A stretch of 64,000 nt of DNA from Alphaproteobacteria bacterium (GTDB taxonomy: Bacteria; Pseudomonadota; Alphaproteobacteria; UBA828). This document shows positions 31,654 to 41,392 of this stretch, piece by piece. Below the pieces are notes generated by a model that ran no database searches, was not told the origin of the DNA, and worked only from the letters and a program-made list of their open reading frames with translations. Location: positions 576,001 through 640,000 of the forward strand of contig CBDCCI010000001.1 in NCBI GenBank assembly GCA_965214705.1, read 5' to 3'. The translations under genes were made by a program, and so were the position numbers. The stretch's first letter is position 1. Each line of letters opens with the position of its first letter.

Positions 31654-33048
31654 ATGACGTTTGCCCCGCTTTGCCGTGCCCTCGCGTTTGCCGCTTGCCT
31701 GTTGCTCGCCCTCCCGGCCTGGGGCGCCACGGAGGAGGCCGCAGGTGAACTCTCTGCACAGTCCGCCCCCGCGCTGCCGGGCTTGGCGTCGGCGCAAGCG
31801 CTGGTCGATGAAGGCCGCTTCGGGGAGGCGTTGGCCATCCTGAATGCGCTGGCACAGGACTATCCCGACCATCCCCGGCGCACCGATGTCCTCTTCCTGC
31901 TGGGCCTGGCGGCGACCCAGGCGTCGCTGAACCCCGATCTCCCGGAGGGGCGGCGGGAGCTTCTGCTGAGCCTCGCCATCGCGTCCTTCCGCGTCATCCT
32001 GATCGATCGGCCCGCGCTCGTGCGGGTGCGTCTGGAGCTGGCCCGCGCCTTCTTCCTCAAGGGCGAGGACAGCCTGTCGCAGCGCCACTTCGAGCGGGTG
32101 CTGGCCGGCGACCCGCCTGAGGCGGTGGTCGCCAACGTCCGACATTTCCTGAACCGGATCAGGGCACGGCGGCGCTGGAGCTTCAGCCTTGGCGCCGCCA
32201 TCGCGCCCGACACCAATATCGGCGGCAGCTCGGAGGAGCGCACCATCTATATCTTCGGTTTGCCGTTCGAGCGCGACATCGAGGAGCTGACCACGTCGGG
32301 CATAGGTCTCTCGGTGTGGGGCGGCGCCGAGCACCAGTATCCGCTGAGCGAGCGGGTGCGGCTGCGCAGCGGCGCCAATCTCTCGCGGCGGGAGCACGAG
32401 GGATCGCGGTTCGACGAGGTTTTCGCGTCGGTCCATCTCGGGCCTCGCCTGCTGCTGGGCGAGCGCACGGAGGCGAGCGTGCTGGCCACCGCGAGCCAGC
32501 GCTGGGCCGGCACGGTGAAGGATCGACACGCCCTCGGCGGGCGCGTCGAGGTGGGGCACCGGGTCAACCGTGCGGTGACGGTGAACGGGCGGGTCGCCTG
32601 GGAGGACCGGCACCATCGAACGGGGACGAGCCGGGACGGGCCGGCTCTGGATGTGTCGCTGGGCGGCGCCTGGGTGATCGCGCCCACGGTTCGGGCGGAT
32701 GTGTCTGCGGGGTATGGGCGTGAGCGCCCGGAGGTGATGCGCGATCGCCATGAGAGGTATCGCGTTGGCGCGGGCGTTTCGGTGCTCCTGCCGCTGGGCT
32801 TCACGGTGAGCGGCGGCGGGGACTATCGCTGGACGGACTTCGAGGCGGGGTGGCACCCGTACGTGCCGGACAACGGGGCGCGCGAGGACCGGACGTGGAG
32901 CGCGCGGGCGTCGGTGTACAACCGTGGGATCACCCTCTACGGCTTCAGCCCGGCGGTGGGGGTGGTTCACGAGGTCCGCAAGACCAACGCACAGCTCTAC
33001 GACTACGAGCGCACGCGGGGCGAGCTTCGCTTCGTGCGCCAGTTCTAG
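31654..33048 (+). CDS. Surface lipoprotein assembly modifier (Slam/DUF560, TPR + beta-barrel)
   Basis: Signal peptide, RVRLELARAFF TPR, APDTNI, SGIG, C-terminal TNAQLYDY.R...FVRQF. Confidence 0.85.
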   Translation: MTFAPLCRALAFAACLLLALPAWGATEEAAGELSAQSAPALPGLASAQALVDEGRFGEALAILNALAQDYPDHPRRTDVLFLLGLAATQASLNPDLPEGRRELLLSLAIASFRVILIDRPALVRVRLELARAFFLKGEDSLSQRHFERVLAGDPPEAVVANVRHFLNRIRARRRWSFSLGAAIAPDTNIGGSSEERTIYIFGLPFERDIEELTTSGIGLSVWGGAEHQYPLSERVRLRSGANLSRREHEGSRFDEVFASVHLGPRLLLGERTEASVLATASQRWAGTVKDRHALGGRVEVGHRVNRAVTVNGRVAWEDRHHRTGTSRDGPALDVSLGGAWVIAPTVRADVSAGYGRERPEVMRDRHERYRVGAGVSVLLPLGFTVSGGGDYRWTDFEAGWHPYVPDNGAREDRTWSARASVYNRGITLYGFSPAVGVVHEVRKTNAQLYDYERTRGELRFVRQF

Positions 33049-33529
33049 TCACCGGGCGGCCCGAAGCGGCGGCGTTGGCGGGGCGGCGGCGCCATGAACG
33101 CACTGCATCGATGGGCCTGACGGGTCTCCGGGCACGCCTTGGGTTGCCGGGCACCCAGGTCCCACACGTGGTCGGCGCCGAGCAGCGGCCGAAGCCCCGG
33201 ACCTCCATCGGCCAGATGCACCACCGCGCTGATGGCGGCCACGCGAGCCAAGTCGCTGGCCCGCGTGACCGCGTCGGCGTGGAACGCCTGCACGTCCTCC
33301 ACGTGATGACACCGACGGAGCCGGAGCAGATCGTCCCGGTGCACGATGCGGTGCGCCTCGGTGCCGCAAGGCTCGCAGGCTTCCATCCAACAAAACGACA
33401 GCCCCTGCCGAGAACCCAACTGCTCTGGAAAAGATATGTCCACCTGCGACACGCCACCCTCAGATACCGGGCCCTGAATGAGTTGGACATGATCAAACAC
33501 TGAACTGATTCAACAGTGGGGGGTTGAGA

Positions 33530-33642
33530 GGGCCGGGACAACGGCGGCTCCGACCCGTCGTCGATGATCAGCACCTCGAACAGATTCCGCGGATAGGTCT
33601 GGCCTTCCAGCGCCGCCAGCGTCCTCGCCAGCGTTTCGTCTA
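33530..33642 (-). pseudogene. GT2 glycosyltransferase N-terminal fragment
   Basis: LARTLAALEGQTYP..FEVLIIDDGS abutting the IS630 end at TA. Confidence 0.6.
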
Positions 33643-34240
33643 GTGTCATGTCACTCATCAAATGTCGGATAGAGGCGCTTCAGTCTGACACGGGCGTCGT
33701 CCGTGGTGAACTGCCAGTCGACCTTGGCCTGAACCCGATCCCGGGCCGCCTGCCAGGCGGCGACCTCGGTGCGCAGCGCTTCGAAGGAGGCGATTCGGCG
33801 ATTGAGGCACTGCCGGATCATGACATTGAGCTCGATCTCGGCGATGTTCAGCCAGCTGCCGTGTTTGGGAGTGAAGACGAACTCGAAGCGGTCCCACAGG
33901 GCCTTGGCCTGTGCCGCAGGGTAGGTCTCGTACAGTGCGCCGGGGCGGTGCGTGCTCAAGTTGTCCATCACCAGAGTGATCCGGATGGCGCTCGGGTATC
34001 GATCGGCGATGTCGGCGAGGAAGCGCGCCCAGTCGGCCTTGGTTCTGCGCTGCGTCACCTTGGTCATGCGCTTGCCGGCCAGAGGCTCCGCGGCCATGAA
34101 CACGTTGCAGGTTCCGCAGCGCCGGTATTCGTAGTCGTGCCGGGCCGGCCGGCCCGGTTCGGCGGGGATCGGCTCGCGCGTCTCGCCGATCAGCTGGCGG
34201 GGCGTCTCGTCCATGCACACCATCGGGCGCACCTGCGGTG
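33643..34240 (-). mobile_element. IS630-family transposase, 3' half only
   Basis: VCMDE, DYEYRRCG, LVMDNLSTH, FTPKHGSWLNIAEIE, WQFTT.DAR.KLKRLYP-like C-terminus. Confidence 0.85.
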
Positions 34241-34345
34241 CTAACATACTGACATAGCGTTGCTTATTTCCTCCTGCTTTGGCCGGAAGGCGCGGAATCG
34301 CCCTGCGTCTTGCCCCGGCTGCAACGGAGCGAAGGAGGAAAATCG

Positions 34346-35470
34346 ATGGCGACGCTTCGCCTCAACGAACGCCGTGTCAACACGCTCAAGCCCCGAAAGG
34401 CCGCCTACGACGTTCGCGACCGAGAGCTCAAGGGATTCGGCGTCAGGGTCCTGCCCTCGGGCGCCAAGCGGTACTTCATTCACAGCCAACACCAGGGCCG
34501 GCGGGTCTGGAAGATCGTGGGCCAGGCCGGCGCCATCGGCACGGACGAGGCCCGCGACCGGGCCAGGGCCCTCTTGGCCGCGATCCGCAGGGGAGACGAC
34601 GACCAAGCCGCCGCGCCGCCGGACACACTGTTCGAGACGGTCGCCGACGAAGTGTTCCGGCGCTACGCCCGAAACTGGAAGCCGTCTACGCTCAACGTCA
34701 ACCGGCGCTATTACCGCAACCAGATCCTGCCCTGGTTCGAAGGCCGACCGATCGCCGGTATCGCCGTGAGCGACGTCCGGCAGTGGTTCGCATCCCTTCA
34801 CGAGACCCCGGTGACTGCCGACCGCTCGGCTCCCGTCCTGTCGGTCATCATGCGCCAGGCCGAGGTCTACGGCTACCGGCCAGAGGGCACCAATCCGTGC
34901 GCGGGCATCAGACGATACCGGCGCCAGGGGCGGGAGCGCTTCCTGTCGGCGGCGGAGATGCGCCGGCTGGGCAAGGTTCTGGCACGCCATAAGGCCGGCC
35001 GGCCGCAGGCCGCGGCGATCATACGGCTGCTGCTGCTCACCGGATGCCGCAAGGGCGAGATCGTCACCCTCGAATGGCGCGACTACCGAGAGGGCAAGCT
35101 GTTCCTGCGCGACAGCAAGTCCGGGCCGCGCACGGTCTGGCTCTCGTCCGCCGCGCGCGAGGTTCTCGACAGCCTGCCCCGCAGCGCGGTCTGGGTCTTT
35201 CCCTCGCCGCAAACCGACAGTTGCCTGACCACGAAGGCACTCGACCAGGCCTGGCAACGCATCAGAGCCGAGGCAGACTTGTGCGACGTCCGACTTCACG
35301 ATTTGCGCCATACCTATGCCAGCATGGCGCTGGCGCAGGGCGAGACGGTGCTGACCATCGGCCGCCTGCTCGGACACCGCGATCCGGCAACGACCCTGAA
35401 GTACACCCATCTCGCCGACGCCATGGTGCGCGAGGCGGCCGATACCGTCGGCGCCGTCCTTGAGGGCTGA
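34346..35470 (+). CDS. P4-type tyrosine integrase (pair 2, first gene)
   Basis: RBS AAGGAGG, RDRELKGFGVRV, LTGCR, HDLRHTYAS, LLGH..TTLKYTHL. Confidence 0.92.
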   Translation: MATLRLNERRVNTLKPRKAAYDVRDRELKGFGVRVLPSGAKRYFIHSQHQGRRVWKIVGQAGAIGTDEARDRARALLAAIRRGDDDQAAAPPDTLFETVADEVFRRYARNWKPSTLNVNRRYYRNQILPWFEGRPIAGIAVSDVRQWFASLHETPVTADRSAPVLSVIMRQAEVYGYRPEGTNPCAGIRRYRRQGRERFLSAAEMRRLGKVLARHKAGRPQAAAIIRLLLLTGCRKGEIVTLEWRDYREGKLFLRDSKSGPRTVWLSSAAREVLDSLPRSAVWVFPSPQTDSCLTTKALDQAWQRIRAEADLCDVRLHDLRHTYASMALAQGETVLTIGRLLGHRDPATTLKYTHLADAMVREAADTVGAVLEG

Positions 35471-35473
35471 CGC

Positions 35474-36661
35474 ATGGCCGCGAAGAGGCGGCGTCTGACC
35501 GACGCCAACGTGGCCCGGCTGACGCCGGCGGCCCGCGAATACACCGTCTGGGACACGCGCCGGACGGGTCTCGGCGTGCGGGTGCGGCCGTCGGGGCACC
35601 GCAGCTTCGTCTATTGCCGGAGGGGCGAGGATGGCGCGCGCAGGATCACGCTGGGACCTGCGGCGCTGACGGGCGTCGAGGAGGCGCGCGCCAAGTGCCT
35701 CGCCATCGAGACCGGAGCGCGGTCCGGCAGGCCGGAACGCGGAGCGGTGCCGACCTTCGGCGACTTCGCTGCGGGTCCGGGGCGGGCGTGTTTCGACAGA
35801 GGCAAACCGTCCACACGGAAGAAAGCGAGCCGGATCGTCGACGCGCGCTTGCTCCCGGCCTTCGGAGCGCTGCCTCTGGATCGGATCACCCGTGCCGGCG
35901 TGAGCCGCTGGTTCGACGAATACAGCCGGACCGCGCCGGGCGCGGCCAACAAGGCGTTGAGCCTTCTCCGCCGGATCCTGAACCATGCGATCGTTTGCGG
36001 CCATCTCCAGACGAACCCTGCGCGTGGCATCAAGCGGAACCCCCGCCCGAAGCTCACTCGCTTCTTGTCCCGCGATGAAGTGCGCCGTCTCCACCGTGCG
36101 CTGGACTGCTATGCCGGCGCACGGCCTTCGTGGGCGCGGCAAGCGGATGTCATCCGCCTTCTGCTGCTGACCGGCTGCCGGAAGAGCGAAATCCTGACGC
36201 TGCGCTGGCAGGACGTGGACGCAGACACGCTCAATCTCGCCGACGCCAAGACCGGACCGAGACGGGTCTTTCTGAGTGCGCCGGCGCGCGCCATCCTGGA
36301 GCGGCAGACGCGAACCGGGTGCGCGTATGTCTTCCCCTCGCCGACGGATTCCAGGCGGCCGCTTTCGCATCACCTGCCGCTCTGGTACTTGGTGCGTAGA
36401 GAAGCCGGGATCGAGGATGTACGCCTTCATGACCTTCGACACACGTTCGCTAGTCACGCTGTGCTGAAAGGCATCCCGCTGCCAGTTGTTTCCCGCCTGC
36501 TTGGCCACAAGCGACCAAGCATGACGCTGCGCTATGCTCATGTCGGCGACCGGGAGACCGAAGTGGCTGCGGAACGCATCGGCGTGGCAATCGCGCGAGC
36601 GTTGGATTGCAGCAGCGCCTCCACAAACAAGGATATCGATGGCGCCCGACCGACGAGCTGA
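35474..36661 (+). CDS. P4-type tyrosine integrase (pair 2, second gene)
   Basis: WDTRRTGLGVRV, LTGCR, HDLRHTFAS, LLGH..MTLRYAH. Confidence 0.92.
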   Translation: MAAKRRRLTDANVARLTPAAREYTVWDTRRTGLGVRVRPSGHRSFVYCRRGEDGARRITLGPAALTGVEEARAKCLAIETGARSGRPERGAVPTFGDFAAGPGRACFDRGKPSTRKKASRIVDARLLPAFGALPLDRITRAGVSRWFDEYSRTAPGAANKALSLLRRILNHAIVCGHLQTNPARGIKRNPRPKLTRFLSRDEVRRLHRALDCYAGARPSWARQADVIRLLLLTGCRKSEILTLRWQDVDADTLNLADAKTGPRRVFLSAPARAILERQTRTGCAYVFPSPTDSRRPLSHHLPLWYLVRREAGIEDVRLHDLRHTFASHAVLKGIPLPVVSRLLGHKRPSMTLRYAHVGDRETEVAAERIGVAIARALDCSSASTNKDIDGARPTS

Positions 36662-36785
36662 CCGGATCCAAGACCCGACTCTCGACCGTCAGGTGTGGTC
36701 GGAATTTGGAAACAATCACTTTGTCGCGGTCAGCAATGGGCAATCTGGTTGGTCTGTTACAAATGGACCGCACGACGCATGGCTC

Positions 36786-36990
36786 TCGAAGCATCCCGAT
36801 GTCCGCATCTCGGTAAAGAGATTCGGCCCTATCGAGAGAGGAACCGTAGACCTTCGACCGTTGACGATATTCGTCGGCCCAAGCAATACCGGGAAGGCAT
36901 ATTTTGCCACTCTGATCTACGCATTGCATAGAGTCCTGCACGGATTCCGGCGCGTACCTGTCTTCGGGTATCATCTCGACGCTCGAAATG
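36786..36990 (+). pseudogene. N-terminal fragment of an AAA_15/AbiEii-like ABC ATPase
   Basis: RISVKRFGPI..G.VDLRPLTIFVGPSNTGK Walker A, then the frame degenerates. Confidence 0.7.
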
Positions 36991-37153
36991 ATCGTCCCTA
37001 TGCAGCGCATCTCACGCTTCCGCCGAGCAAGGCCGCTACGGGAAGCGCCAAGCGGCAACGAGCGCACATCCCTCGGCAGGGCCGAGAAGGGTGAGGAGTC
37101 GCCTGCATTCTTGGCCACAACTTCATCTTCGCGCGAGGTGGCGCGCCCTGCGC

Positions 37154-38173
37154 ATGCTGACAATGCGTGGAACGGACCGCCCCCGTAGAAGCCGCGAACC
37201 GGCGCTACGCCTCGTGCGATCCAGCACCCGGACCTGGGTCGTTGCCGGCGCTGTCAGTCTGGTGCTGTTCGGTCTCGTCGTGGCGCATTTGGACCGGGAT
37301 TCGCTGGCCCGACTATCCGATGGAATCTCACCGAGCCTTGCCGGAGCGGGCGTGGTGCTGTTCGTGGTCGAGAGCCTTTTCAGCGCCCTTCGCATGTACT
37401 TGATCGCCGGCAAGCGCGGAGGATTTTCCGTGGCCACGCGCGTCACCGCTTGGCACGCGATCTGGTTGATCGTGCTCCCTTTGCGCCTGGGCGAAGTAGC
37501 CTGGGTCGTCGTCATGCAGCGCGCTTATGGATGGAACACCGCCACCGCGGTGGCCTGCGCGGCGGTACAGCGCTTGCTCGATCTTGCGGTCGTCGCAGCC
37601 TTTCTGCTTCTGACGATACCGGCGACCTTCGGTCTTCACGAGGACCGACTACCCGCGTTCTCAGCCTTGGCCGTCGCGGTCTGCCTGCTCGCAATCATCG
37701 TTTCCGCGACGCTGCACGTCCAACTACGTCTCCTCGCCAGACTCCTCGTCGTCGGCGCCCGGCGACCGCGGGGCCGGCGGCGCCGTTTTTTGCGACATCT
37801 GAACCAAGCGCGGCGTTGGCTCGAAGACGTCCGCCATCGCCGCGCTATGCGGCGTTGCATCGTGCCGACCGTGATCATCTGGACGGCTGTCATCGCTGGG
37901 TACTGGATTCTCGGCCAGGCGGTCGGCCTGGATCTCGCCTTGGCCGAGTTCTGCTTTGCGGCAGCGGGCAGCAACATTGTGGCGGCGTTTCCGGTACCGT
38001 CTGTTGGTGGTTTCGGCCTGTTGGAAGCGGGCTTCACCGGCATTGTGGCCTGGTTCGGTGCGCCGGTCGGAACGGCGGTCCTGGCCGCCTTGGCGATCCG
38101 ACTTGCTTCCATGGCCGCGGCCGTCCTATTCTGGTTAATCGCCACGGCGTGGGCTGGAGCGGCAAGGGCTTGA
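37154..38173 (+). CDS. Lysylphosphatidylglycerol-synthase-like membrane flippase
   Basis: Multi-TM, LPLRLGE, QRLLDL, P.PSVGGFGLLEAG. Confidence 0.8.
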   Translation: MLTMRGTDRPRRSREPALRLVRSSTRTWVVAGAVSLVLFGLVVAHLDRDSLARLSDGISPSLAGAGVVLFVVESLFSALRMYLIAGKRGGFSVATRVTAWHAIWLIVLPLRLGEVAWVVVMQRAYGWNTATAVACAAVQRLLDLAVVAAFLLLTIPATFGLHEDRLPAFSALAVAVCLLAIIVSATLHVQLRLLARLLVVGARRPRGRRRRFLRHLNQARRWLEDVRHRRAMRRCIVPTVIIWTAVIAGYWILGQAVGLDLALAEFCFAAAGSNIVAAFPVPSVGGFGLLEAGFTGIVAWFGAPVGTAVLAALAIRLASMAAAVLFWLIATAWAGAARA

Positions 38174-38194
38174 AGAGGCGCGGAACAGTCTGTC

Positions 38195-38938
38195 ATGAAT
38201 ACGTCGTCTGTTCTCATTGTTTTTCCGGTGCACAATGAAGCGGGGAATCTCAAATATATGCTGCCCCCATTGATGGAGGTCGTCCGACATGAAGGGTACG
38301 ATCTTCTTGCCATTGACGATGCCTCGACCGATGAATCGGTCGAAGTCTTGAAACAGCATAACGTTCCGACAATCACCCTGTCTGAAAACCTCGGTTACGG
38401 TGCTGCGCTGCAAACAGGCTACAAGTATGCGGTCGCCAAAGAGTACGAGTACTTGATCCAGTTGGACGGGGACGGACAACACGACTCTCGGTTTCTGCCG
38501 ATGATTCGGCAGAAACTGACGTGTTATGATTTCGTCATCGGTTCGAGGTTCTTGGAAAGCGGCCCTGCGCCTTTTCCGCCAGCGGGTAAGCTATACAAGG
38601 GAACCCCACTCCGAAAAGTCGGGATTCGTCTGTTTCGCGCGCTGCTATACGTCATGACCCGCGTATGGATATCGGATCCGACGTCGGGAAACGTCGGAAT
38701 GAATCAGAAATGCATGCGATTCCTGAGTAAGGATATCTATCCTCATGACTTTCCCGACGCGGACGTACTCTTGGCCCTGATCCGTAATCGTTTCAAGCTG
38801 TGCGAAGTGCCAGTGTACATGTACCACAATAGCGCCGGTGGACACCTGCACACGGGAGGCACGCCGATCTGGTATGTGTTTAAGGTCATGCTTTCAATGT
38901 TTGTTGTAACTACCCAGGTACCCCGCCGCCAGATCTGA
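38195..38938 (+). CDS. GT2 glycosyltransferase (DPM1/polyprenol-P sugar synthase-like); 3' end altered by IS66
   Basis: PVHNEA, IDDASTD, NLGYGAALQTG, DGDGQH, GSRF, DPTSG. Confidence 0.88.
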   Translation: MNTSSVLIVFPVHNEAGNLKYMLPPLMEVVRHEGYDLLAIDDASTDESVEVLKQHNVPTITLSENLGYGAALQTGYKYAVAKEYEYLIQLDGDGQHDSRFLPMIRQKLTCYDFVIGSRFLESGPAPFPPAGKLYKGTPLRKVGIRLFRALLYVMTRVWISDPTSGNVGMNQKCMRFLSKDIYPHDFPDADVLLALIRNRFKLCEVPVYMYHNSAGGHLHTGGTPIWYVFKVMLSMFVVTTQVPRRQI

Positions 38939-39000
38939 GTGCGTGCTGATGTTGGTCGCCGCCGGTGCCGTTTGTCCGTCGGCGCGTCGATGATCTGCCC

Positions 39001-39029
39001 TTGACTGTATAGGCACGCTCGCCTATGGG
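39001..39029 (+). promoter_or_regulatory. Candidate sigma70 promoter of the methylase-transposase unit
   Basis: TTGACT-17 nt-TATGGG upstream of RBS GAGGAG and GTG at 39058. Confidence 0.4.
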
Positions 39030-39057
39030 TTGCTCTCTCGCATGAGAGGAGCAGCCG

Positions 39058-39727
39058 GTGGGGTATTTCGGATCGAAGGCGACGACCGGTCTGAGCCAGG
39101 CGCTGATTGCGCTGATGCCCCCGCACTCTGTCTATATCGAGAGCCACTTGGGGGGGCGGGGCGCTGATGAAGCGCAAGCCTGCGGCCGTGCGCTCGATCG
39201 GGATTGACCGCGACGAGCGGGCGCTTGAGTCCTTCGACTGTGGCTACCCGGTGGAGTTGGTGCACGGCTGCGCCCACTCCTTCCTGGCCTCGTTCCCGTT
39301 CCTGGGCCCGGAGCTGGTCTACAGCGATCCGCCCTATCTGCACGCGACCCGGCGTTCGTCGCAGCGCTACCGCTTCGAGTACGAGGAGGCCGACCACGTC
39401 GCGCTCCTCGAACTGCTCAAGGGTCTGCCCTGCCAGGTGATGGTCTCGGGCCACCCGTCTGCGCTCTATGACGAGTTGCTGGCGGGCTGGCGCCGGCTGG
39501 CGCTGCAGGTGACGACCCAGGCCCAGGTGCGGACCGAGGCGGTGTGGTTCAACTTCGCGCCCGACCGGGTGCACTGGGCGAGCTACGCGGGCCGCAACTT
39601 CACCGACCGCCAGCGCATCAAGCGCAAGGCGGCCAACTGGGGCCGGCGCTACGAGGCCATGCCGGCGGGCGAACGCCTGGCGGTGCTGGCCGCGATCATG
39701 GCCGTCGAGGCTGACGAGGGTTTGTGA
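39058..39727 (+). pseudogene. Small Dam/D12-class adenine methyltransferase with a +1 frameshift in a G7 run (39150-39156)
   Basis: GYFGSK, MPPH.VYIE.HLGGG motif I, DPPY motif IV. Confidence 0.8.
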
Positions 39728-41265
39728 CAGTGTCGCGCTGGCACGCGGACCTCGCCGCTCACGACGAGGCTTTCGCGTGCCTGCAGGACCTTTTCACCCC
39801 ACAATCCTTCGCGATGACCGCCGTCAAAGCCATCCGGGAATGGGGCCAGGGGCTGCTTCGCCTGAGCGCGGCGCTGGTCAAGGAGAACGACGCGCTGGAG
39901 CGGGAGAACGCCCGCTTGCGCGAGCGGATCGCCGAACTTGAGCGCAGCGCCGCGCTCGACAGCACCACCAGCTCCAGGCCGCCGGCCAGCGACGGCCTGA
40001 AGAAGAAGAGCGCAGACCAGGAGAAGCGCACCCGGAGCCGGCGCGGCAAATCCGACAGGCCCAGCGGCGGTCAGCCGGGCCACAAGGGAACCACCCTGGA
40101 GCGGACCGAGAACCCGGACCACGTCGTGGATCATGATCCGTCCGCCTGTGAGGGCTGCGGCGCGCCGCTGTCGGACGCCGACCGTCACGGAGCCCCCGTC
40201 TGCCGGCAGGTCTTCGATGTGCCCGAGCCGCAGCCCCTCGAGGCCACCGAGCATCGCGGCCATCGCTGCCTCTGCGCCGCCTGCGGCACCATGACAACAG
40301 CCGCCTTCCCGAACGGCGTGAGCGCCCCGGTCCAGTACGGGCCGCGCATCACCGCGTGGGTGACCTACCTGCTGCACGCTCAGTTCATTCCGGAGAAGCG
40401 CGTCGCCGAGGTCATGAGCGATCTCTTCGCGGTCAAGATCTCAACGGCCACCATCGCCGCCATGGGCCGGCGCACCGCCCGGCGCTTCGAGGGCTTCCTC
40501 GATCGTGTCGCAGAGATCATCCGCACCGAAGCCCCGGTCAAACACCTCGACGAGACCGGCATCCGCATCGCCGCCCGGACCCATTGGCTCCACGTGCTGT
40601 GCACCCCGTTGCTGACCATCCTGCGCGTCGCCAGCGGGCGCGGCCATTTCGACGAGAAGCTCAACGGCATCGTCATCCATGACGACTATGCCACCTACTT
40701 CGCTCTCGAGGGCGTGCGCCACGGGGCCTGCAACGCCCATCACCTGCGTGAGCTCCAGGCCCTGATCGAGATCGAGAAGGAAGACTGGGCAACGAGCATG
40801 CACCAGCTGCTCTCCCGTGCCAACAGAGCCGCCCGCTTCGCCCGCAAGAATGATCGCGACGTGCCCGCATCGCTGGTCGCCCGCATCTCGCGAGCCTGGG
40901 ACCGCATCCTCGAACGTGCCATCGCCGCTCACGAAGAGATGCCGCCGCTCCAGACCGGAAAGCGCGGACGACAAAAGCGCCGCATCGGTCACAACCTCGC
41001 GCTCCGGCTCCAGAAGTACAAGGAGGGCTGCCTGCGCTTCCTCACCGACCCGCGAACCCCGTTCTCGAACAATGAGGCGGAGCGCGATCTGCGAATGGGC
41101 AAGCTGCGTCAGAAAATCTCAGGCGGCTTCCGCTCGATGCAAGGTGCCTGCGACTTCGCCAACCTGCGGTCCGTCATCGCCACCGCTCGAAAACAGCGCT
41201 GGAATGTCCTCGAAACCCTGGCGCACCCCGATCCCATGCAGCTAATCCCGGTACTGCGCTTCTGA
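39724..41265 (+). CDS. tnpC: IS66 transposase
   Basis: SSRPPASD, GGQPGHKG, CxxC, YGP, DET, CNAHHLREL, NNEAER.LR..K...K.SGGFRS. Confidence 0.93.
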   Translation: MTVSRWHADLAAHDEAFACLQDLFTPQSFAMTAVKAIREWGQGLLRLSAALVKENDALERENARLRERIAELERSAALDSTTSSRPPASDGLKKKSADQEKRTRSRRGKSDRPSGGQPGHKGTTLERTENPDHVVDHDPSACEGCGAPLSDADRHGAPVCRQVFDVPEPQPLEATEHRGHRCLCAACGTMTTAAFPNGVSAPVQYGPRITAWVTYLLHAQFIPEKRVAEVMSDLFAVKISTATIAAMGRRTARRFEGFLDRVAEIIRTEAPVKHLDETGIRIAARTHWLHVLCTPLLTILRVASGRGHFDEKLNGIVIHDDYATYFALEGVRHGACNAHHLRELQALIEIEKEDWATSMHQLLSRANRAARFARKNDRDVPASLVARISRAWDRILERAIAAHEEMPPLQTGKRGRQKRRIGHNLALRLQKYKEGCLRFLTDPRTPFSNNEAERDLRMGKLRQKISGGFRSMQGACDFANLRSVIATARKQRWNVLETLAHPDPMQLIPVLRF

Positions 41266-41392
41266 AATCCCCCGCCGCTCCGCTCCACGTCAGCGGCACC
41301 AGGCCAGAGGCATCAGTCCATCACGCGTGAGTGCTCGGCGGAATCAGACCTGGGCAGTTACTGTTTGTTTCCAATATACGCAGCGGGGGGGG

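Larger units (their letters stand above)
38906..41361 (+). mobile_element. IS66-family element carrying a DNA adenine methylase gene
   Basis: IR GTAACT(A/G)CCCAGG, 8-bp TSD TGTTTGTT. Confidence 0.9.

Noticed and set aside
33045-33500. 151-aa minus-strand ORF
   Set aside because: No recognisable motif or convincing RBS; probably debris between Slam and the GT2 fragment.
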